A stretch of DNA of 64,000 nt from Octopus sinensis (lineage: Eukaryota): NCBI RefSeq assembly GCF_006345805.1, contig NC_043001.1, positions 90,272,001 through 90,336,000 of the forward strand. Reading direction: 5' to 3'. The notes beneath the pieces are model-generated. The model did no database searches, was not told the DNA's origin, and worked only from the letters and a program-made list of their open reading frames with translations. Positions within the stretch are counted from its first letter, which is position 1. Each line of letters opens with the position of its first letter. Below are positions 38,962-52,440 of the stretch, in pieces. Position numbers and translations under genes: made by a program.

Positions 38962-39104
38962 CCTTTTATATGGCAAAGCGAAACTCTACGTGAAAGCGAT
39001 TGACTCTTATTGTACTTGAAACAATATTTCTTTCATGCAAGCGTAGTTGTTAAAGCCACAAAGTTGTAGAGGTTTGGGTGGAAATGAGGCTCAGATAATT
39101 ATAG

Positions 39105-39194
39105 TTATATTCCTCGTTTTGTCTGGAGAAAGCAAAGCCACTATCTCTTCCAAGGTAACATCTTCCTGGAGCATCTTTTCTGGAAAGCTCTGCG
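39105..39194 (+). CDS. Weak candidate exon, YIPRFVWRKQSHYLFQGNIFLEHLFWKAL
   Basis: Good donor GCG|GTATGT, open frame; acceptor poor or ambiguous. Confidence 0.2.
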
Positions 39195-39404
39195 GTATGT
39201 TTTATAAGCATAGAAAGCAACTGTTTTGATATGTGGACGGGAGGTTGGCTCATAGATATAATGCAAACACTGTGTGATGTTTAAATACGTAATTAAAACT
39301 CCTCATTTAAAAATCTCATCTTGAAAAGGTTAGTACGTAGTTCAAATACGCGTACCATAGAAGATATATATACATTCATATGTATTTGTTTACATTTAGA
39401 CACA

Positions 39405-39600
39405 AAGCTGGCAATACTGGGGAGAAGAGGTTGATCGATACCAGGGACCCCAGTACTTAATTGGTATCTTAATTTTCGGCCCCGAAAGGATAATAAAACA
39501 AACAAAACCCAATGCTGACTTCGGCAGCATTTGAAACTACATGATGAGCCGAAAGAAATACTGCAATGTATTTGTCCGACACTCTAACAGTTGCATAAGC
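39405..39600 (-). mobile_element. SINE family D, highly diverged
   Basis: GACCCCAGTACTTAATTGGTATCTTAATTT..CCCCGAAAGGAT matches the reverse complement of the family D body. Confidence 0.5.
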
Positions 39601-39641
39601 TCTAACAGATCCTGGTCCGTGTAGTGCATTGTGTCCTTCAG

Positions 39642-39756
39642 CCAGACACCCCATTTCATGTCACTCCAATTTCTGCTGGTGAAAACGAATAGCAGCCAAC
39701 TACTCTATTCTGCTCTTATATCCTGGACGTTTCGTCGGGTCAAGTCTGGGAGGACT
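39642..39756 (+). CDS. Weak candidate exon (phase 2-0), QTPHFMSLQFLLVKTNSSQLLYSALISWTFRRVKSGRT
   Basis: TTGTGTCCTTCAG| acceptor, ACT|GTGAGG donor, open frame; unrecognised. Confidence 0.2.
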
Positions 39757-40141
39757 GTGAGGCGTCTGTATGTCTGCTTGCAACTATACAGACATCAAAA
39801 ACAATTAGTAAAAACCCGGTATTCGTTACCAAGAAATAGCTCTTGCTAGCGACAGCTACACATTCTTTGTTTGTAGATTTTGAGTATTGTATATATATAT
39901 GGTTCTATGGTATATATATACGTATGTATTTATGTATTTATGTTTATGTATGTATACATCTGTGCACGTGTATATCTTGAAGGTTATATTTACATTGACA
40001 GTTTCTTCGAGTTTCAAATATTAGTGCACAGATATTTAAACTAAAGTGGATGTTTCTATATATGCTACGAATTCATATCAATTTCCATTTGGCAAATGAT
40101 ACTCAAAAATATTTTCATACATACATACATACATACATACA

Positions 40142-40175
<34 letters not shown>

Positions 40176-40424
40176 CATACATACATGCATAAATACAAAC
40201 ATACATACATATATAATATATATGTATACATAAGTATATATATATGTGTGTGTGTGTGTGTGTCTGTGTCTGTGTGTGTATGTATGTATACACATATATT
40301 TATACACTATACACACACACACACACACACACAGATAGAATATTTAAGGAAGTCTATATTCACGTGTGTTTATGCCTGTTTCTATATATGTATGTATATA
40401 TATATTATATATATATATATATAT

Positions 40425-40470
<46 letters not shown>

Positions 40471-41161
40471 TTTATGTATGTATGTATGTATGCATGCATG
40501 TATGTATGTATGTATGTATGTATATGTATGTGTGTGTATATATACATGCAAACACACATGTACATATGTAGACTGTGAGAATGTAACATACATATATATG
40601 CTTATATATATAGGTGTGTATAGATAAAAATATATACATGCGTGTGTACATTAACACACGCGCACACCATGCATATATGTATGTACGTATACCCACTCAC
40701 GCATTTTGTCTGTTACCATAGTTATCTAGAAGGTCGATGCCTGGATCCATTAGAGAACTATGCGTAGATTGCTGTGAATTAATTGATACTGAATATAGAT
40801 TTCGATGAATTAATTCCATTTATTTTAAGTACTACCAAGGATACTGTCTTTCAGTTCGGCTTAACAGAGATAACGTGTGTAGATCGATGCCAAATGAAGA
40901 AATTGGCCCAATATCTTTGGTTTATTGAGTGACGACCAATCAAGGATTGCACCGCCACCTGGTTGTTTCACGTAATAGGTGTTATTTAGTTTAAAATGTT
41001 TCTATAAATAAAAACCGTTCATGAGAGTTATGATATTTTTAATGTATTTTTCCAATCAACATCACGTTCTTTCAGTCATTCACACACACACACACTTACA
41101 CACACACACACACACACACACTTACACACACTTACACACACTTACACACACACGCGCACAC

Positions 41162-41589
41162 ATTTAATTATTAGCGTCGGAAGTAGCATCAATGCCAAAA
41201 TTATATCCAACTTAATATGGATGTCTTGTTAGAAAACCGAATACTGTGTTATTAGTCTTGAAAGATTCTCTCATATTGGCAACTGATGTGTAAAAGCACA
41301 CAGATGAGATCGTAGCAGACGAGAATCATCTATCATGGACGTCGGAACCTCATATCTCGTGATTTCATTCTACTGGAAATCATCAGTGAGAGGTGTACGG
41401 TCACAGCAGGGCAGTCAAATCCCGCTGGTACAATATATAGAATATTAGTATCTTTAAGACACTGATATCGCAAATGGCCGGCAGGCTAATAAAAGAATTA
41501 ATTATTAGCGATGAAATCAGTATCAATACCAAAAGGTATTCTTTATAACCAACTTAACATGACTGTCTTGTTAGAAAACCGAATACTGT
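41162..41589. repeat. Diverged ~85-bp direct repeats
   Basis: TGTCTTGTTAGAAAACCGAATACTGT exact at 41222-41247 and 41564-41589, with similar upstream TAATTATTAGCG..CAACTTAA. Confidence 0.75.
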
Positions 41590-42769
41590 AGCAGCGAAAT
41601 TATTTATATATATTTGTATGATAGTCTCTCGAGTCCGAGAAAGACAGTTCTGAAATTTCTTGCTGAACAACTTGCACGGATAATTTGTTTATAATGATCA
41701 AATATTCATACGGCATATATTAGCTCACTCCTGCCATCAAATCATCATTAGCTGTATAGATGTACAGTGTTCCACAAGTTAGACGTCGAAGTGATCGTTG
41801 AGCCAAATAAGATGAAGCGTCTTGCTCAAGAACACCATGTACTGCCCGGTTCTAATCTCTCTAAAACTACGTCCTGCCATCTTACGGACAGATATATTGG
41901 ATAATATTACTAGTATTACACGCTACTATAGAAGGCCATCTATTGTTGCTGTTCTTGTTGTTTAGTACCAAAGACGTAATTGATGCTAAGCAACAGCAGC
42001 AACACGGAACTGTAAAAGCAGCAACAACAACGACAATAACAACATAGAAGAGCAATAATAACAACAAGAGCATGGTTAACATGGAAGATATAATAATAAA
42101 CAATACGATGTTTTATAATTTAGGCACAAGGCCAGCAATTTTGTGAGGAGGGGCTTTAGTCGATATTCCGACCCCTGTACTTGAGTGGTGCCTTGTTTTA
42201 TCCATCTCCGAAGAAATGAAAGACAAAGTGAAATGAATGTGGATCACAAGAACAATTTACTGCGAAGTCATCCTTGTTATATATATTTAAATGCTTGCCA
42301 CAGACACTCTCTAAAACTATTGGTGTCTTTTTCGTGTATCTAAGATTTTAGGTCCATTATATTTCAGAGAGCAGACAGATGACGCATTATGGCGCCCAGT
42401 CTATCGAGTATATCAACGGCTTACGTTCTCTGACTGAAATTGTTTGTAGTTTACATCACTTTTCCTCGCTGTTTAGAGCCACCTATTATAGAACTATATA
42501 CGTTGTAGATTCTTCACAGAAGTTACTCTATTTGTAATAGATATATTTCTTTATTTCTCATCAAAAGTGTTTCGCTCTAATTTTATTTATTTTGCCATTT
42601 AAAAGTTTTGCGTTTTGAGTGGAGCGATATATATCTCAAACGTTAATGAACTTAATTTAATATCTAAGCAGACAACCTTCGTACAGAAATTAATTTTTCT
42701 CTTCACAATCTGTATAGTGTCTTTTCTAGAACTATTATAAATAGTAATAATAGAATTACTGTTGGTGTT

Positions 42770-42987
42770 CAGGCGGCGAGTTGACAGAATCATTAGCACG
42801 CCGGAAAAATGTTTAACGGCATGTCTTCTGGTTCTTTTCATCCTCAATTCACATACCACCGAAGTCTATTTTCATTTTCATCCTTTCGAGATCGATAAAA
42901 AAATTACCAATTGAGTATTCAGATCGATGAAATCGACTAGCCCCTCCCCCAAACTTTTAGGCATTTTGCCTATTTTAGAAAGGATTA
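42770..42987 (+). mobile_element. SINE family D, diverged
   Basis: AGGCGGCGAGTTGACAGAATCATTAGCACGCC..CATCCTTTCGAGATCGATAAA..TAGAAAGGATT. Confidence 0.75.
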
Positions 42988-43222
42988 GGTTCCGGGTTCA
43001 GTCATACTGCGTGGCACCTTGGGTAAGTGTTTTCTACTATAGCCTCAGGCTGACCAAAGCCTTGTGAGTGGATTTGGTAGACGGAAACTGAAAGAAGCCC
43101 GTCGTATATATGTATATATATATATAAATGTATGTGTGTGTATATGTCTGTTTGTCCCACCAACATCGCTTGAAAACCGATGGTGGTGTGTTTACATCCC
43201 CGTAACTTAGCAGTTCGGCAAA
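42988..43222 (+). mobile_element. SINE family A, truncated at both ends
   Basis: GGTTCCGGGTTCAGTC..GTGGATTTGGTAGACGGAAAC..GTTCGGCAAAA. Confidence 0.8.
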
Positions 43223-43548
43223 ACCCACTTAGAATTTCCTTCAGGTCGAGTAGACCATCCCGCTCAAAAGGTCCTTGAATAAGAGGTGAATTATCTAAAC
43301 CTCCAAGAATTCCTCTCAACACATGACTATGATGCTCCCCCACTACTTCTGCACATATCATCAGCCACTAAGGGGACATGCTCAACTGGTTAAAGTCAAA
43401 CAACTGACAAGCAAATCTGTGGTATTGAGCAGAATAATTGTTGTAGCCCATCTTTTATACCAAGACAAAATGATGTACATGATAACACTTCCAGTCAGTT
43501 AAGATCAGAAGCCATGAGAGTCACTGTCTGGTACTGCATCAGGGCATC

Positions 43549-43765
43549 AATTCTTCTTCTTCTCTTCTTCTTCTTCTTCTTCTTCTTCTTCTTCTTCTTC
43601 TTCTTCTTCTTCTTCTTCTTCTTTTTCTTCTTTTTCTTCTTTTTCTTCTTTTTCTTCTTCTTCTTCTTCTTCTTCTTCTTCTTCTTCTTCTGCTTCTTCT
43701 TCTTCTCCTCCTCCTCCTCCTTCTTCTTCGTCTTCTTCTTCTTCTTCTTCTTCTTCTTCTTCTTC

Positions 43766-43816
<51 letters not shown>

Positions 43817-43889
43817 TATTATCATCATCATCATCATCATCATTATTATTATTACTATTATTATTATCAACATCATCATCATCATCATG

Positions 43890-43942
<53 letters not shown>

Positions 43943-43970
43943 CATTATTATTACCATCATCATCATCATA
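43549..43970. repeat. Compound (TTC)n-(TTA)n-(CAT)n array
   Basis: Directly visible; explains ORF 43514-43990. Confidence 0.95.
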
Positions 43971-44787
43971 TCACATTTGCTAAATTTTGATTCGTTTATA
44001 GAATGTGTGCAAATAATAACTTTTCTTTTCCGATTGATGTTTCGCTGTTTTTAAAAAATTCTTTTCTTTTCCGCTTATTCAGTAGTTATTTTTTTTTATC
44101 TAAACATATGTCAGATATAAAGATAATATTTAAAATAAAAAAAGAAAAACCGCTTCCCAGTTTACTTTAGAGTACCATTATACTATTTCAAATCAAACGT
44201 TCAATCAAAAATAGAATATGTTCAAGAGAAAGGAAATAAAGAAAAAATGCACTCGTGTGGCGGACTGGCCAAATTATACCAGAATTTCAAATTATATGAA
44301 ACTATTCCAATTTTAGTGCGATTAATTAGTTGCGGTGCTCCATTTCAATATTTGAATCATTTGAAGTGTAGCTGGCTGGTTTCTTTTTAAAACAACTTTT
44401 ACCAAGATATTTGAGAGAATTGAATTTTTCCTTTTTCGTATATTAATTCCTTATTTCTGTGTCAAAAACATTGCACTGAAAGCTTTATAAAATGTCATTT
44501 CATGTTTCAAAAATTGGATTTGATTTCCTAAAAGTTTCTTTATTAGCATATTTGGCAGGATTTTAAAAGGCATTTCAAACGCTCTTAAAATCTTCGGTCA
44601 AAATTTTCGAACTGTTTCAACTGCATGATGATACGGAACTATTTGTTTTTCGAGTTATGTCACTTTTGAAATGGACGTCAACAGCAATTCTTTTAGCCCC
44701 AATCATTAACATAGATATATCATTAACATAAATATAACATTTACATAACTAGATCATTAACATAAATGTAACATTAACATAACTATA

Positions 44788-45069
44788 GTGTGGAGGTGCA
44801 ATGGCCCAGTGGTTAGGACAGCGGACTCGCGGTCGGAGGATTGCGGTTTCGATTCCCAGACCGAGGCTCCGGCAGGGGGTGGGGGTGGCAACCCATGTTG
44901 TACTCTTTCGCCACAACTTTCTCTCACTCTCTCTTCCTGTCTCTTGAGTAATGCTGCGATGGACTGGCGTCCCGTCCAGCTGGGGGGCGGAAACATGCGC
45001 CACAGAAACCGGGAAACCGGGCCCATGAGCCTGGCTAGGCTTGAAAAGGGCGGTGTTTATCGTTATTGC
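44788..45069 (+). mobile_element. SINE family C with tail type 1 and 12-bp TSD
   Basis: tRNA-like head; tail ..GAAACCGGGAAACCGGGCCCATGAGCCTGGCTAGGCTTGAAAAGGG; AACATAACTATA at 44776-44787 and 45070-45081. Confidence 0.9.
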
Positions 45070-45294
45070 AACATAACTATAAGCATTAACAATGCTAGAA
45101 ATTTTAAAAAATATATAATAGTTATGTGAAATGTTAGCATTTCTAGATTGCTTTTGCTTTACATATTTGGCCACATCACTTTGAAAACATCAGTTCTCGT
45201 CCGGTCGCCGGAGTTAGGTTAGGTCAAGCCGAGTTTAGTACTTATATGGGTGACTGCTGAAAAAAGTTAGCTGCAGAAGCCTTAATTTACCTGC

Positions 45295-45715
45295 AGATAT
45301 GGCTGTATGGTAAAGAAGTTTGCTTTGTAACTACGTGGTTTCGGGTTCCCTTTCGCTGCACGGCACATTTGGCGTCTTCTACTAAACCCCAGGGTCGTCT
45401 AATGACTTGTGAGTGAATTTGGCGGAAGGAAACTGGGAACTCGTCGTGTTTATAAGTGTGATGTGTGCGTGAGTGCGCGTGAGTGCGCGTGAGTGCGCGT
45501 GAGTGCGCGTGAGTGCATGTGTGTCTGTGTTTGTCACTGCCAACCGCTTGCCAATAATCATTGGTTCGTTTACGCCCCCGTAACTAAGTAAGGGGAACGA
45601 CAGAATATATACCATGCTTTTAAAAAATAATTACTGGGGTCAAATTGTTCGACTATACGCTTCAAGGAGCTGTCTCAGCATGGCTGTAGTCCAGTGACCG
45701 AAACAAAGAAGACAA
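45295..45715 (+). mobile_element. SINE family A, old and diverged; linker holds a (GTGAGTGCGC)n minisatellite
   Basis: Recognisable head, CTTGTGAGTGAATTTGG..GGAAAC body and tail remnants; 10-bp units at 45469-45516. Confidence 0.6.
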
Positions 45716-46618
45716 TAAAAATATTATGAGATTGATTACATCTATAAGAAGATGCCTCTCCATTCACCATTGATGACCGCCGCTTTGACCAGGAAGAACT
45801 GACGTCATGAAACTGTGCCGAAAGATCATAGGGCGTTTCAACTTGCACCATAACACTCTTTCCCTGATGGATCGGCATTGGTGGCCAAATCACTGCTCTC
45901 GGTTTCCAGGTCAACTCATTTCCCCAGTTTTTTTTTTTTCATAAGCTTCGATGAGCTTCTGGGAAATAGCGTGTATGGAGTATTCAGCTTTTATGCAGTA
46001 TATTTTTCCTGAAACTTCCATAAAATAATTAGCCACATTTGAATTTCTATTACATCCATATAGCGGAATGGAAATAGCAGTTCCATATTCAGCGAACGAA
46101 CGTTTGTTGGAAATTTTTGTAAAATATATTGTAAATAAGCAAGGGGAAAGTAGAATTTGAAATTCAGAGATTGTAGTAATTGGTCTTTCTTATTTACTGT
46201 TTAAATATCAGGTTTGCCATTAGTGTCTACAAAGCTATGTGTATATTTCCTATACTTCAAAACAGAACCGGAAATCTAGTATGTAAATTAGTCTAATCAA
46301 CCTCAGCAGTTTAGAATATAATTACTATTCAACTTTTACTATTTTTCTGTGTTCAAGAATACTGTGTGATAATTCGATATTCTTCTAATTTTTATTGTAA
46401 CCCTCTTAGTTTGATGATACAATTCGGTGGAATCTGAACGGAAAAATACATTAATAAAATACATTTATCTTTAGCACTCGGTAAATTTTATAAATTAATA
46501 AATTGATAAACTATCGCAAAAATAATATCAGTAAACAATATAGATAAGTCTTTCATAAAAACATATACAAGTGAACAACATTATTATTATTATTATTATT
46601 ATTATATTATTATTATTA

Positions 46619-46661
<43 letters not shown>

Positions 46662-46748
46662 TTGCATTTAAAACTTTCAACGAGTTCACTTGAAAATTTA
46701 GAGTATATTCCAAACCATTTTATGATGGTGGAAATGTTAAAATCGTAG

Positions 46749-46812
46749 AAATGCCGGCCTGGTATTATGAAGTTAAATATGAGTATTTTTACCCACTTCT
46801 CTGAGCTGCAAA
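46749..46812 (+). CDS. Candidate 64-nt exon (phase 0-1), KCRPGIMKLNMSIFTHFSELQ
   Basis: AAA|GTAAGT donor; frame open back to TAG acceptor (weak pyrimidine tract); phase-compatible with 47921-47981. Confidence 0.3.
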
Positions 46813-47428
46813 GTAAGTACCAGTAATATACTGCAGTGGATTCAATTGACAAAAATGATTTCTCGAAAACTTCAAGATGGTTTTCTTTTTCTGCTTAATG
46901 TTATGACCTGCTTCATCTTTTGTCTTTTTGCTGAGTCCTAAAAAATAAGATTACATTGTGTTAGCAGAAAGTAGAACATAAATCAATGGACGTGGAATAT
47001 GAATTATTGGATTTACTGGATATGATAGCAGGCATGAAATCTTATCTTCAGTAGAACATAAGCAAATTTAATTTTACGTCTACAACCCTAAAATTCAGTA
47101 TTTGTTCACCTTGAAAAATATTAATGTGACATACGTTAGGCTTTATGGCATATTCGATTCGAGTCAGCCATGGCATAATGTAGCTATTCTGACAAAGTAA
47201 TTAACCGATAGAGGGCACCACTGCAAAAATGTACGTGATACCACTCAATAAGTTAGAGAGAGAGAAAAAACAACAGATATATCTTATATTTCCCTTCTCC
47301 TGCCTCTTGTATATATTTAGGGCTATGTACCTAATAACACAAAATCAATACAGCTATGAACTCATCCACTGACATCCCCACCATATGTGCTTATACACAC
47401 ACACACGTGTGTGTGTGTGTATGTGTAC

Positions 47429-47528
<100 letters not shown>

Positions 47529-47606
47529 ATATAATATATATATATATATCTATATATATATATATACACACACAGTCACAAACACATACATACATATATA
47601 TGTATG

Positions 47607-47651
<45 letters not shown>

Positions 47652-47841
47652 TACCATTTTATTTTTTGTTTTCCATTTAATATACTTTAAAGTTGCATTT
47701 TATATTTTTTACACTTAACGAATTCCTCTTATAATTACCTGTAATACTTTAATCGCATCTTCCACAGATGATCTGATCGGCTTAAATATAATTTCATTGT
47801 TCTCTTTCAGCTGGCGATAATGCTATAATATCGAAGAACAC

Positions 47842-47877
<36 letters not shown>

Positions 47878-47920
47878 CCATTGCTTATTAATATTTTGTA
47901 TTTTATTTTATTTCGTACAG

Positions 47921-47981
47921 AAGCAGACATGTTGGCAAAATACACTCAGGCAAGCGACGAAGTACAGACATTAACGAAGCG
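47921..47981 (+). CDS. Candidate 61-nt exon (phase 1-2), ADMLAKYTQASDEVQTLTK
   Basis: TTTTATTTTATTTCGTACAG| acceptor, GCG|GTAATT donor, open helical-looking frame. Confidence 0.45.
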
Positions 47982-48232
47982 GTAATTTCAAACACCCAAG
48001 CACGAACTAATAGAGACAATCACCACAGACACACCTAAACATCGGATCTCTCATAGTGAAGAGTCGTTAATGCAGATTCATAAAATACGTTCGTATACAT
48101 ACGCACGAAGGATTTGCAAGCGGACAGTTAAACTCAAGGACACAAAAATATAAAGGCATATATAGACATTCAGAAAAGCATAGCATGGCAATTCGAATCT
48201 TCTCACATTAAGAGGACAACACACAAGCTCTC

Positions 48233-48294
<62 letters not shown>

Positions 48295-48695
48295 TCTCTC
48301 TTTCTCTCTACCTATCTCTCTATCTCTCTTACATGCACACACACACGTAAGACATTGATAAACAGATGGGTACTCATATGAATGCAGAAAGCTATGATAG
48401 GGATCGGTTTGATATTGTTGTAAAGAGACACAAATCATACAGCGTTATAGACGTAGGCATGGCTGTGTGAGTAAGAAGCTTACTTCCTAGCTATATGGTC
48501 GAGAGTTCAGTCCTACTGTGTGACACCTTAGGTAAGTGTCTTCTAATTTAGCTGAAAGCCAATCAAAATCAAGTGAGTGGATTTGATAAACGGAAACTGA
48601 AAGAAGCCTGTCGTGTTTGTATGTCTGTATATGCGTGTGTGTGTGTATATATTTATATTTATATGCATGTGTGTATATATATGAGTGTGTGCATA

Positions 48696-48755
<60 letters not shown>

Positions 48756-49514
48756 ATATATATATATATACATATACACACACACATTCACACACAGTCA
48801 CACATAAAAACACACGTATATGTGAGTGTGCTTGTAAGGATGTGTATGCACGAGCATCTGCATGCGCATGTATGTGTGTATGTGTGTGTATGTACACCTG
48901 TATTCGTATGTCTGCACCATGGCAGAATGGTTAAGAACCTTGTTTGGCAATCACGAGGTCCTGGTGTTGATTCTACTCCGTGGTATCTGAGGCAAGTGTC
49001 TTTCACCATTGCTTCAGGTCGACTCTTAACTTGTGAGTGTAATTGGGTATAGAGAAACCGTACTGAAGCTCGTTAGAGGGATTGTAGCCATAATTGTTAC
49101 GCACACTGTACCACACTGATTCTGATTGTGAATTCCATTAAGGATATAAATATCTGTGGAGCACTCACACGCTTACACACTAATGCAATGGGCAGGTAAT
49201 TCAATTGATCAAACAACTGCATTCGGATCGTCGAAATCGACGGAAATCCATTAACATATATATCTTTGTAGCTACGTTTAATGAAAACCGTGTTGAGGCA
49301 TGGCGACATTGGGCAGTTGCCTGGGGTCCTCACAAGTCTTGGGATCCAATTCGGATCAACGAATGCTGTGGCTTGATACCAATAAATAAATACTATAGGA
49401 CATATTGCACTGATTGGCCCGGGAGCCAATGATGCTGCTAAGACAACCTTGCATCTAACAAATGAATTCGATCTCATACATCTACATAGCGTCATACGAA
49501 GATGAATTGTATAT

Positions 49515-49750
49515 CTTTCATCTTTTACTTGTTTCAGTCAATTTAACTGCAGCGATGCTGAGGCACCGCCTGGGAGACTTTCTACCCGAATGAATTGACC
49601 CCAGTACTTTCTTTTTAAGCATGGTAATTATTCTATTTGACTCTTTTCCCTAACCGTTAAGTTGCGACGACGTAAACACACCAACACCGGTTGACAAGCG
49701 GAGGTGGTGAATAAACACAGACACGAACGGGCATACGCACACACACACAC

Positions 49751-49781
<31 letters not shown>

Positions 49782-49815
49782 TGTATGTATGTATGTATGT
49801 ATGTATGCATGTATG

Positions 49816-49882
<67 letters not shown>

Positions 49883-50060
49883 TATATATATATACATACA
49901 TAGACACGACGGGCTTCTTTCATCCGACGTCTACTAAATTCATGCACAAGGCTTTGGTCGGCCCGAGGATATAGTAGAAGACACTTGCCGAAGGTGCCAC
50001 ACAGTAGGACTAAACTCGGAACCCTGTAGTTCGGAAGTAAGCTTCTTATCACACAGCTTC
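49515..50060 (-). mobile_element. SINE family A, diverged, expanded linker
   Basis: Tail at 49515-49730 and head at 49905-50060 in reverse orientation around (TATG)/(TA) runs. Confidence 0.75.
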
Positions 50061-50336
50061 GCTTAAGGTTATTTTTGTTGTTTTTTGGGGGGTTTTTTTG
50101 TGTGTTTGTGACATCGATATCATACTTAGAAACTAACTGGTAAATATAACATCTAATATATCGGTTAATCTAAAATATGTGTCAATGTCTCGATCATTAT
50201 TATTTATGTTATTAATAACATTCGCAAGATGCAAATGAATTACTGTCTACTTTGTCAAATTATATACACATCTATCTATCTGTCTGCCTGTCTGTCTGTC
50301 TGTCTGCCTGTCTGTCTGTCTAACTATCTATTATCT

Positions 50337-50377
<41 letters not shown>

Positions 50378-50538
50378 GGCTCTTTTTTCTGGAAATGAGA
50401 GTAAATGAAGCGCAATACACCAACCAAACAATTCCATCTGAAAATGACAATCTCTCTTTCTCTCACTCTTTCTCCTTCTTTTTCTTTCTTTCCCCTCTCT
50501 CTTTGTCCCTGTAAATTCATGTATCATATATTTATACT

Positions 50539-51403
50539 GTGTTAAGTAAAAGTTTTACAATATTTCGCTTTATTCATCAACAAAAGCTGCAAGGCGCCAT
50601 TGTGTTGCACTGTCTGAAGCCAGTACTCTAATCTCACGCAGATATCAGTTCTTGACATTCGAGATGACAAACTCTTTCACTGGAGTTTCCACCTTCCTTT
50701 GATTGATGAACCGTCGCGAGTACAGGAAGTGAGCCATGGATCAATCCATGTAATAATCCGAGGATGCTTGTTCCGAACTAAAGGCTGGATGTGGCAAAAG
50801 ATCGATTCCCTCATATTCCTAGCGTTTATTCTGGGTTGTTCGTGTGGTAAGAGGCCTTCCGTTGACTTGCTGAAGAAGAGCTCGCTTTCTGTTAACCAAT
50901 GCTGAATGTTTTTGCCGCACAGTGACAAACATCCGCTCCACCTGTTCTGAGTACATGTTGGCATCGATGGTTCCACCCTCCAGAACGATCTTGTAGTGAT
51001 TTATCTCCTTGTAATTCCACCAGATGCTGAGCCTCATCTTGTGTTCGAAACGGCCATGTTTGGCCACAGTTTCCGGAAGCTGGACCTCGCTTAACCACTA
51101 CTTATGCACGTTTTGATTGCTGAAAAATATCACCCGTGGATTATTAGTTGTTCCGATCCATAGCTCACTTCCTGCACTTATGACGCTTCATCAACCAAGA
51201 AGAGATGGAATCTTCTGTGAAGAATTTCTTCTCCTCGACGGACAAGAACTGGCATCAGCGTGGGGTCAAGGAACTGGCAGAAAGTTGGTTTCAGACGACG
51301 CAGCAAGACGGTATCTACTTTAAATGCTAGGCTGTTTTTACTGTGATTTAACGAATAAAGTAAATATGTTACCAAAATATTGCAAAGCTTTTGACTCAAC
51401 ACA
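50539..51403. mobile_element. Two same-family mariner 3' halves joined head-to-head
   Basis: Minus 51115-50539: KMRLSIWWNYKEINHY..ALLQQVNGRP..HPAFSSEQASSDYY..SMAHFL; plus 51130-51403: DY.LFRSIAHFL..FFSSTDKNWHQRGVKELAESW..DGIYF; similar ends AAATATTG(T/C)AAA(A/G)CTTTT..AACAC facing outward. Confidence 0.8.
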
Positions 51404-51599
51404 CACACACACATATATAATTTATTTAACGGATACAATACATGTCTTTAAATGCTACTAATGCTTTCATATGTTTGAGAAATATCTGAAACATATCCAT
51501 CAGGCAAAAACCACATATCATAGTGAAGTAAAATACTGAATAAGAAAAAAAAATCGAAAAAGTTGAGAAGGCGGCAACTCACAGATACTTAATATTTAA

Positions 51600-52440
51600 T
51601 CGGCCTTCTGTGAAAATATCATATATAGTTGCTGCACCAATATGAAGTGTATCGTTACATGAGGTCAATACCAAGAGCCTAAATCCATTTGTAACTGTTG
51701 CAACCCAGGATCCTGTCCACTTGACCAACGATGTATGATTAAATCTGTCATATAAGTTACTGCAACGCTAAATGATAATACAGCAGATAAGAGCTATATT
51801 GGACAATAATACAACAGATAAGAGCTATAATGAAGGAGAACTTATAAATCGCTATGTCAATCACATAGCCTCCTTTCGACATAAGGACAAAAGTAAAGCT
51901 ACTAATTTGGTTAGACATATATAGAGTTTCGAAGCTAACGAAGCACCCCATGTGATTAAATGGAAAATAATTAAGAAATCCACATCTTATGTTAATGGAT
52001 CAAATAAATCTAGGCTACGTTTAGCTGAAAGAGTTCACTTACTTTTCAGATCGAAGATTCCTAACTCCATGCTGAAATTTTCAGCGGTTGCAAACATATG
52101 TATAAATATATTTTCAAGAATTAGAAAATTCGCCTATACCTGATTAACTTGCTGATATCTTTCCAGCCTTATAATTTGAAGTCTAAGGAGGATAGCTCTT
52201 TTACCTTTTTTACTTTTTACATTTTAGTTTTTACTTTTTCACTTTCTGTTTATTTTAACAATCTGCGTTTTCTATATGCTGCCTTCTCACCTTTTCCGCG
52301 TTTCTTCTCTAATTCAATTTTTTAAGTTTGTTATGATATGTGGTTTGTACCTGATGAATATGTTTGACATATTTCTCAACATCTGAAACTATTAATGGCA
52401 CTTAAAGACACGTACAGTGTCCTTTAAATGAATAATAGTA
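51600..52440 (+). mobile_element. Penelope-like retroelement 3' part (GIY-YIG endonuclease plus 3' region)
   Basis: KISYSCCTNMK..CNCCNPGSCPLDQRCMIKSVI..DKSYIGQ..NHIASFRHKDKSKAT..IKWKIIKK..GSNKSRLRLAE..CKHMYKY; frameshifted. Confidence 0.82.
52351..52400 (+). ncRNA. Degenerate hammerhead-like core in PLE 3' region
   Basis: CTGATGA at 52351-57, imperfect stem II, GAAAC at 52385-89; no intact NUH or stem I. Confidence 0.3.
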
